Below are positions 47,147 through 64,000 of a DNA stretch of 64,000 nucleotides, piece by piece; the first letter of the stretch is position 1; each line of letters begins with the position of its first letter. The DNA comes from Podarcis vaucheri (lineage: Eukaryota). The notes under the pieces were generated by a model. That model ran no database searches. It had not been told where the DNA came from and was given only the letters and a program-made list of their open reading frames with translations. Position numbers and translations under genes: made by a program. The stretch lies in the NCBI GenBank assembly GCA_965113315.1, contig OZ220366.1; one strand, given 5' to 3'.

Positions 47147-49947
47147 TTATAACACACACTCTGGATGGAGAAAGTGAAAGAATAGCATCAGCCACACAAT
47201 CCACTTCATCAGAGCATTTCTTGCCTCAAGCATTAAAAAAAATTCTCATTTAAACATATTGATGCACGTTCCAAACATTTCCCAAATGATCAACATAAAA
47301 TAAATATAATTTGTAGTGATGAGAACAACTCACTTAGCTGCCATTCAATAGAGCAGTCCATTCATCTTTTTTAACCTCTTCCCTGTACTAATATCTGCTA
47401 ATACAAAATCTGCATTGTGATGTGTGATGCCATTGCAATGTCCACCTCCCAGTCTCCTGCTTTTAAGTGTGTGGGGAATTTTGCAACATGATTGATGTCA
47501 TGTTATTCATTTGATTTACATATTACTCAGATACCTTTATTGGGGACGGGATGGCCAGTTACAAAAGAAGACAGAGCTCCCACACCTTGAGCAGCTGTCG
47601 TACCAACTTCACCTCCTGAAATTCCTTCTTCTACTCTACTTTGAAAGGTTTGGCGGCCTCTGCATCTGGCTAGCCTAGCCCAGCCCTGTGCCCTGTCCAT
47701 CTCTGCCCCAGTTACACAAATCCCCAGCTACCTGTTTTCTCCATCCTTCCCTTTCAGCCTGATCTAGTGCAGCCTTTCCCCAGAGCAGTGCTATCCAGAT
47801 GTTTTGGACCACAATCCTCAGCAGCCCCAGTCAGCATTGCTGTGCTGGCTGGGATGTTGATGAATATATCTGAAGGGCATCTGTTTGGGAAAGGGCTGGT
47901 TTAGCACATGTGTGTGAGAGAGTGGCTGGAGAGATGGGGAATGTGATATATGCATCTCTGAGGCCGCATCAGTTTACAGAGCTGAGCTTTTCAGATGCAG
48001 CTCTCTTCCCCAGGTTGTGACTTGGCAACCCTAGATTCTATGCATCTGTTAGAGGATCAAGCCCTCAGGTGCGATTTCTGCTTTATTAGAGAACCACCGT
48101 ACAAATTAGAAAATAACAAATTAGAAAAATTAGAAACGTATTTGGCATCACAAGACCACTGCACAACACCAATACTTGTAATTTCAGAAGGAGACTAGCA
48201 GAACTGATTTTGGGATTCAGTCCTGCCTTGTGCCAAGGTTACGTTAATGAATATGTTTAGAATAATTTAAGCTCTTATAACAAGACATTTATATTGTACT
48301 TTTATGTACCAAAAATCACACACATTAAATGTATTTGACACTGGAATCCAAAAACGAATTAGAGTTGTGGATACTAACCTTCTATTGAAATGGGTTTGAA
48401 GCACCAGGGGGCATCAATCACGTTTGAATCAAAGCAACATTGCCTTGCACTGCATTCAATTTCACCAATGCCTGGGTAGCCACAATTTTCTCTTGATCTT
48501 GCTGGAACATTGCATTGTCCTGAAGCTATTTAAAGCAAAGTTTGATATCAGCAAGTTGTTTTCTGTGAGGAAGATGACCACGAATGCTCTTTATATAGGC
48601 ACCAAGCACCCTCATAAATTCATGTACTCCTTTGCTTTTTAAATAAAACAGTTACATCTATTTGATCTTCTTGTAATCATCACACTAATTACAATTCTAG
48701 TCACATTAACGCTGATAGTTTTAGTGCAAAAGTAACCCTGGTATTTTCATCATTCATTGCTTTAATGTCAGTCAACGTTTATTATGGCAAACAGCCATCA
48801 TATTAAACCAGAAGAAGGGAGAGTTCCCTGTTTGCCACACACACAGCCCCCACTTCAGAATGAAGAATGAAAGCACAACTTCTTAAAGAAGCACCTGCCC
48901 TAGCATTGCTCTAGAAAAGAAGAAAACTTCTCTTCATTCATGAGAATAACACAATGGCCTCTTATGGCAGCAATGTAAGTTTAATGATCAGAACCTTGTT
49001 GCTAGATTATTATGAGCGCACTAATAAGGTCAAAACCAGTTCAAAAGCCTGATATATAGATAAACCAAAATTATTATTTTCAGACACATATTCAGCTTAG
49101 CACATGGTTTTATTTGAGCTATTACATATCCAACATTGGACATGGGTATATTTGTTTGTAAACCTGGAAAAAATGCCATAATATGCCATATAACAAAAGA
49201 TTCAGTAGCTGCCACAAATTCATTCTTTTTAATTCTATTTTTAATGAGCTAATTTGGTTAGTGTGGGCTGTATATCTGTTAAAGGAGCTTTAGAATATAT
49301 GGACATTTAGAAGCCAGAAGATACTGTCTATGGTTAGAAGACACAGCATCCATCCACTGCCTCATGAATTGTCTTGGCACCAATTCCAGTTCTTTTGCAT
49401 GTCCCTGATTTCCGCCTGTCTGAGCAAACTTACCAACATCCTAAATGCCCTCTATGACAAATCTCCCCCCACCTCTTGCCCCCTTTAGAAATAACCAGAG
49501 AGTAAATGTGGGTGAGCTATTTTTTATATTCATATAATAAAATAAAACCAACTTCATAATATTAAACACTCCTACTTCAGGTTTTCTTGGTTTCAAAATA
49601 CAGGGTTTGGGGCTTAGAACATAAACAGGAATGAAGCCTTCTTTATTAGAATTGCACAGAAATGCATTCCTAGATAGCTCTCCAATACTGCCCCATCAAG
49701 ACAGCCAGATCTAGCAATATATAATAGAAAGTTCACCCGCCTTTTAGAACTGATATTTTGGCTGCAGTGCTACAAGCAGAACTGCAGAGGCTTGCACCGC
49801 TAGTGTAGCTTCGTTGTATGCCACTTGATTTTTCATATAATAGAAATGATAAAAGAAATACTGAAAATGCGTGCACTTACGCAGCAAGGCATTGCTGAGC
49901 CCTACAATGGTCAAAATGGCCAGAACCCAGATCATTTTGTTTCCCAT
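47147..49947 (-). CDS. TFF1: Single-domain trefoil factor with free C-terminal Cys, TFF1-like by position (75 aa, 3 exons)
   Basis: Exons 49947-49881, 48525-48379 and 47160-47147, 228 nt. MGNKMIWVLAILTIVGLSNALLPSGQCNVPARSRENCGYPGIGEIECSARQCCFDSNVIDAPWCFKPISIEECVL*. The EECxx C-terminus is shared by TFF1 and TFF3; the symbol rests on adjacency to TMPRSS3 as in human, so TFF1 versus TFF3 is tentative. AATAAA at 46933-46938. Confidence 0.8.
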
Positions 49948-50024
49948 TGCAGCGTCTGTGATCGGCCTCAAGGAAAGGAAGATGGAGAATCTGTAAATGA
50001 GAACCACACCAGAGAGAGTTTTGT

Positions 50025-50047
50025 TTTATATATTGGCTGTGTTTGTT
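50025..50047 (-). promoter_or_regulatory. TFF1-like gene TATA box with adjacent forkhead motif
   Basis: TATATAAA at 50025-50032; TGTTTGTT at 50040-50047. Confidence 0.6.
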
Positions 50048-51023
50048 GGCTTGGTTTCATAGAATATTTGCCTAAGGTGGTGCTTTTTGGAATCCTGTTC
50101 CTGATATCTCTTTTTGATTAAAATTAGACCATTAACACATTTACCAGCATTCACTGTGACGGGTTTTCCCTGATAGCTGTTCTAAAAGAAAAGAAAACTG
50201 GTTCAGATATTAAACTTTGCTAAAGGCTGTTTACACATAGGCAGGTTCCACCCAAGGCTCCAGCATTTACTCTTTAAATCCAGTATGTCATGGGAGTGAG
50301 CTTTGGGATCAGACATACACCCTGTTTATTGGGATCAGACATGCACCCTGTTTATACACCATTCATTGATGAGCCAGGGTAGGTAGAACACATGCAGTTG
50401 AAAAGAGATCCCCAGTATTATACAAACCCATGTCTGCCATGTGGATTGCTTTTGCCATTTTGATTTCCCCCTAACTCTGTGAACATTGGTGGTATGAAAA
50501 GAGGCTGCTAGACTGGGTCAGGTAGTTCAGACAAGTGTCACCTGACAGATTCCCTTTGGTTGGCAGGATTAAGATAGATGGCCCTGAATGGCAGGTCTTT
50601 GCATAGCTAAGGAAGTAGCTAGACTCTATGTGGAAGCAGTGTGCGTCTTTTTTCCTCCCACCTTTTCCCTACCTGTGGGGATGATGACTAAGATGCTCTC
50701 CATAAGAAATGTGGTAGGTCTGGTGGCTGCCCTAGAAATTGGATGCAGAGCAGTGAATTTGGGTCATCTATTGGAATTAAGCTGCCCCTTCATTCAGTAT
50801 GTGTGTGTAAATAAAACCATACATGGCAATAAAAATCACATATCGCAAAAAACCCCCACCCACTTTCAGTGAAATTAAAACAGGGTACGCACTTAGTCAA
50901 AGGAATTCCGACCCTAAAGGCTTTAGGCAACATGTGGAGACATGTTACAGCAGAGAGAAGTAGTTCTGAGAGAAATATTTCACCAGGTCTTTGGCATTGA
51001 CTATATATATAGATAGAGATATA

Positions 51024-51282
51024 CCGTATTTTTTGTTCTATAAGACTCACTTTTTCCCTCCTAAAAAGTAAGGGGAAATGTGTGCGCATCTTATGGAGCG
51101 AATGCAGGCTGCGCAGCTATCCCAGAAGCCAGAACAGCAAGAGGGATTGCTGCTTTCACTGCGCAGCGATCTCTCTTGCTGTTCTGGCTTCTGGGATTCA
51201 GAATATTTTTTTTCTTGTTTTCCTCCTCCAAAAACTAGGTGCGTCTTATGGTCTGGTGTGTCTTATAGAGCGAAAAATACGG
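51024..51282. mobile_element. Tc1/mariner-superfamily MITE
   Basis: TIRs CCGTATTTTT / AAAAATACGG flanked by TA. Confidence 0.7.
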
Positions 51283-51914
51283 TATATTCCTTGGTTCTCT
51301 GTTGTATTTATCTGGTCAGAGGTGGTCATGCTGATACTTGCATTTGTCATTTTTAGCCATTTGTTTTTAATTTTTAAGCCATTTTGAAGCCATTGGGACA
51401 GAAAAGCAGTCTAGAAATATTAACATAATGTAACTACTAGATTACATTAAGGTAGAATTACATACACTCTACAGGGTTGTTTCTCCCCTTCCCCTCATAA
51501 AGTCAAGAGTTGCTCATCACAGGACTGCAATGTGTAATATTGCCAATTCTTAAACTCAATTCTGGTTGCATTTTTGCAGTCCAAAGCTGTGTACTCGCAG
51601 TGGGTCTGGCTATAGCTACCGCCTATAACCTTCCCTAAAGTTAAACAGCATATTTGACTTGCATACAGTGAAATAAATCTCTTAGATTTAATTCTAGACT
51701 AGAGAGACAAGTAGTTAGGTGCTGTTTGCTCACTGTTTCTTAGGGGGGGAAACACTGCAAAGATTTACCAGCAGAACTGACCATCCTAGTTTAGCAAAAA
51801 AAAGCTATTAGTACCAGAACTGTACCTGAATGTGGGGGGGGGAGCAGGATCAGACCAGCATTATAAAGTCTTATTTTAAACATTTATGTGGATGTGCACT
51901 GCAACTTCACCATA

Positions 51915-52140
51915 CAGTGGTACCTCAGATTACAGATGCTTCAGGTTACAGACTCCACTAACCAAGAAATAGTCCCTCAGGTTAAGAACTTTACTTCAGG
52001 ATGAGAACAGAAATTGTGTGGCGGTGGCACAGCAGCAGCATGAGGCCCCATTAGCTAAAGTGGTGCTTCAGGTTAAGAACAGTTTCAGGTTAAGAACGGA
52101 CTTCCAGAATGAATTAAGTTCTTAACCCGAGGTACCACTG
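51915..52140. mobile_element. Tc1/mariner-superfamily MITE
   Basis: TIRs CAGTGGTACCTC / GAGGTACCACTG flanked by TA. Confidence 0.8.
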
Positions 52141-53520
52141 TAGTTGTACCATATTGAATGTATAAGATCACTTTTAGTTCCCTGTGGATTGTTAAAGTGT
52201 TCAAGACTCCTGCATTTACTTCTGGGACAAAGAGTGAGCAATTGCATTTCTTACGTTTTATGAATTACTGTACAGTTCTTGCAATTTCTTTCTCAGCCTC
52301 CCAATTTCTTTCTTTTCTTTTCCTGATGGACTGCAACTCCCACCATTGCTCACTAATAGCCATGCTGTCTGGGGCTGGGGAGAGCAGGAGTTCAACAATA
52401 TTTGGATGGCTGCTGGTTCCCCCTTCCAGTACTATCGTTAATGTGTTTCCCATTGGCTTGCCCTGCTTTTATTTTAAACAGCAGTTTTCATGAACTGTAC
52501 GGCAACTCACTAACAATGAGAAACACTCTCCTTCATTTGTTGTCCCAGGAGTAAGGGCAAGAATTTGCAGGCATTTGTGTGCTATGTTTTCATCTACTTT
52601 TCTGCATCCACTGTTGCATGAGATTTTCTAGGGTGTGAAATAGTTAACAAGCCCAACGGCTTCTTCCAGAAGCCTTTAATGTGTTACTGCTTGTGAAATT
52701 TATGCCTAGCTTAAGTGGTTTCTTCCCTTTCTAAATGCTTCCTGTGGCCGCTGTCACAGTGTTCCATTGCGCCAGAAGCGGTTTAGTCATGCTAGCTGCA
52801 TGACCCGGAAAACTGTCTGTGGACTAATTCTCCCTTGGCCAGAAAGCGAGATGAACACCGCAACCCCAGAGTCACCTTTGACTGGACTTAACCGTCCTGT
52901 GGCTATAATGCAATCATGTGGCAATGTATGTGCTTTACATGGTGGTTTTGGCTGGTAGCTCTGAAGCTGTTAATCTACTTGTATATTTCCTCCAAGAACA
53001 TCAAGGTAACATGGTTCTCTCCTGTATGGTAGGTTAGGCTGAGACACAGTGGCCCAGTCTGCGTTTATATATTTAAAGAAACATCATATGACTTTGAATA
53101 GCCATGGCTTCTCCAAAGAATGATGGGAAGTGTAGTTCATTAAGGGTGCTGAGAAGTGTTGGGAGACCCCTATTTCCTTCACAGAACTACAATTCCCACA
53201 AAACTGGGAAGAGGGATTCTTAAACCACATTGAAAATTGTACCTCTGTGACAATGCTGTCTAGTCTCCCTGCAACAAGAAAGTTATCTGGGTATAGTCAT
53301 AAAGAAGGACACCGGTATTATTCACTTGGGATATAGGTGTGGAAATCACTCCACCATTTCGCACACCACTTAACAAAGAGAAATATGCTAGTTTATTTAT
53401 AATTTGTTATAAATACTGAGACGATACGTTGGGGCTGGATGAACATTGATCGTAAAAATGTTATTAACTAATGTTATATAACTCTCAGTGCAGTTTTCCA
53501 TTGTCGAAAGCTCCCTGCTC

Positions 53521-53540
53521 TACAGCGCCCTCTGGTGTCA
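53521..53540 (-). promoter_or_regulatory. Candidate CTCF site
   Basis: TGACACCAGAGGGCGCTGTA is close to the CTCF core consensus. Confidence 0.5.
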
Positions 53541-53806
53541 CATTTCTATAACACATTTACAACCAACCAGTGTAGATTCGCTTTACAATCTAACTATACA
53601 TACCGTAAGTTAAGGAATAGTGCATACATTCTGGGGCATATCACACTCATTTCTCTCATGTGCTGCTTCTGTAAGGATTCTCCCATAAATGTGCAATTCT
53701 CCCACTATTAAAAAATGTGCCATCTGTAAGCTATATTTTTAGAATGAATTTTCATATTCCAGGCTTAAACGTATCACAGCCTGCCTTGATGCTTCAGAAT
53801 GGGTAT

Positions 53807-53845
<39 letters not shown>

Positions 53846-53847
53846 TT

Positions 53848-53885
<38 letters not shown>

Positions 53886-55229
53886 CATTGCCTAAAGACT
53901 TTCTGTGGTAACTGTGTAATGTGGCTCCTCTCCTCGGTATACTCTGTGAACCTAGATCACTACTTGTTCGATAATTTTTGGGTTGCACAGAATGCCCAGT
54001 TAAAAGGAAGATGTTCATTCATAATGGAATGCCCAGAAACAAATGACAGAGCTCCTGTAGTTGTTGTTTTTTAAAATTTACCTCCAAGATTATAAATCAA
54101 GCTCCATCAGACTGATATGTTTGCATTTATTTATTTATTCATTTATTTACAACATGCCTTAAGTCTAGTATTTTGCCATCTAAGGCTATAAATCAAGCAC
54201 CATCAGATGATTACACATCTGCTTATTTACAATGTGCCTTTGCATCGACAAGGCACCATATGTAATTTAGAAATCTCAGAATAACTGTGTTAAAGATCAA
54301 GAGCATTGATTCACAGAATTTCTTAGGCTGGATTCAAAGAAAAGTGGGGAGGGCTTTTCAAAGTAAATCACGTTCCTTGTTCCTTTCCACCCACCTAGTT
54401 TTACAGTGAACCAATCTGCTGAGCAGTATGTGGAAAGGAAAGACTTGAGCCTGGCGTTCTTAAACATATTTAGGAGGGAAATAGCAGTGCAGTTGTAATT
54501 TTTGAGACAGGAAAGGCAACAAAATTTAAGGAGCAAGCACTAGCTGACAATGTGATTTTGTTTGTGTTCTTGTTGGTGGCAAACACTGCCCCACTCTAGT
54601 TGCATTCAGCTATTGCTTAGGGGCCAAAAATCAGAACTCTTTAGCTGCTCAAAAAAGGATGGGTAAAACAGCCAGTTTTGTTTTTTCTATGTTTCTCTTC
54701 TTCTTTCTTTCTTAAATTCAGTTCTTCACATTTCCACATCAGTTTGTGATGATGATGATGATGATGATGATTTAAAAAGGTCAAAAGAAAATCCATCAGT
54801 ATTTTAGTGCCAATGCACCCAACCAACATCGTACACTATTTCTACCATCAATTGAGAGATGGGCACCTCCTTCCTGCCCTGGTTGTATCTTCTTTTTCAG
54901 GCAGGCAGCAAACCCAGTAAACCTGTCCATACCTTTCACTTCGCTGGCCTAATGATCTGGAATCTTCCTTTTCCATCTCAGTTCACCAGGAACAGGTGGG
55001 TTAGGAGAGAAGGATTATTGGCATGCAGGCATGCTTACACCTGAAAACCGGGTGACAGCATCAAAATACATGAATATTCTTCATTGTGACATAGTGCATT
55101 TTAAAGGGATGAGTACAAAAGATAGTTGTAGCAGCTCTTCTGTTAGGAAGTGCAAAAACTGTGCAGGATGAAAGTTGATTGTCCTCTCTGTCCCAAACAA
55201 ACAGTTTGAAGAGTTTATGTGGTAATGAT

Positions 55230-62840
<7,611 letters not shown>

Positions 62841-64000
62841 CTGAAATGAAAAGAAGACAAAGTGATAGACCTGAATGCTTGCTACCTCTTTCCACTTCAT
62901 CCATCAAATTAAATTGAGGTTCAATGTGTTACGTCTAAAAGAAAGAAAAAAGGAGCCCCTTCTTAAAAGTAGTCTTCCAGCTTCTGTTGCCTTTTCATTT
63001 TCATTTTTATTTAAACTGTTCTAATTGTTTTCATTTATGACATAGTATCATTGGTGGTATTTTTTGCTGCTTTGTAAAGATATGAAATTGCTTTGATTTA
63101 TTTTATAAGAAGCGATTTGTAAACAGAATTAAATAAATAAATAAAGCACCCTTCCTTTGTATTATTATGAGGCAATGGGTTTCTTTGGGGGGGGGGCTCC
63201 AGAGGTCCTGTGCACTTTTCTTTCCCTTCCCACCCTCCCCCATTGCTGCACTGGTTGTTCACTCTTACACACACACCAGATGGTGGTGGGAAGGGGTAAA
63301 ATCTGTCCCCATTTCTTTCTTTTGCTTTGGGGAGGGAGAGAAAGAAATAAAAGGACCTGTCTATTTACTACCTGCCACCTGGGAACAAGGGTGCCAACTC
63401 CTAGGGGCTGAACCCCTTTCGCCCCCTCCCCCCAATATTTGTTAGTGGAGAACTGAGGCCCCTCCGTGTTCGTTCGGGCATCACATGTGACATCACAACA
63501 TCATACACAATGCTCAGAGACGGCGCTGTCACACAAGCCGATAACATGGGAGCTCCTCCTCCTGCTGCAGAGGGAAAGCAGCCCCTGGCCTATGGGGGTG
63601 GCAGGAAGCCAAGAAGCCCCTGGCCATGGAAACCAGGCTGCTGCGTGACACCTAGACATGATGTCAGGGGGCCCCCCCATCACTTTCCCAAGTCAGTGTG
63701 CCTGCCTGGTAAGCTGGGGTGGGGAGGAACAAACAGACCCCCTTTTCCTTTCCCCCACCTCCAAACAAAAGAAAGAAAAAGGGAACCCTCCTATTGGCGA
63801 GGTGGTAAGATTGGAACAGTATTCTTCAGCCACCAAATGCCTGGGTAAACACAGATGTTTTCCAGTACTTCCTGAATAATTACGGAGACAGGTGCACCTC
63901 AAAAGGGAGGGCATTTCACCACTGGGGAATCACCACTGAAAAGGCTCTGCCATGGGTCTAAGGGTATAAGATGGTGTGTACTGCAGTCCAGCCCTACCAG

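Overview
Vertebrate genomic DNA, very likely a squamate (probably lacertid lizard, judged from the SINE, BovB, CR1, L2, L1 and Penelope repeats), spanning the TMPRSS3-trefoil factor (TFF) locus. All host genes are on the minus strand and are spliced, so the ORF track mostly misses them; I rebuilt them by hand from splice sites and reading phase. From right to left: the 3' seven coding exons of TMPRSS3 (one GC-AG intron); a one-domain TFF1-like gene (75 aa); a four-trefoil-domain TFF2-like gene (236 aa); a canonical two-domain TFF2 (129 aa); and two tandemly duplicated genes for very cationic single-trefoil peptides with Gly-rich or RGG-repeat N-termini and no dimerising seventh Cys (91 and 78 aa). 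Homologous flank at the window start suggests a third copy just to the left. This cationic RGG-trefoil family is the best candidate for an undescribed system, possibly host defence; its novelty is untested because I cannot search databases. A full-length intact L1 and a Penelope-like element with a minimal hammerhead ribozyme have inserted independently at almost the same paralogous site upstream of the two duplicated genes.
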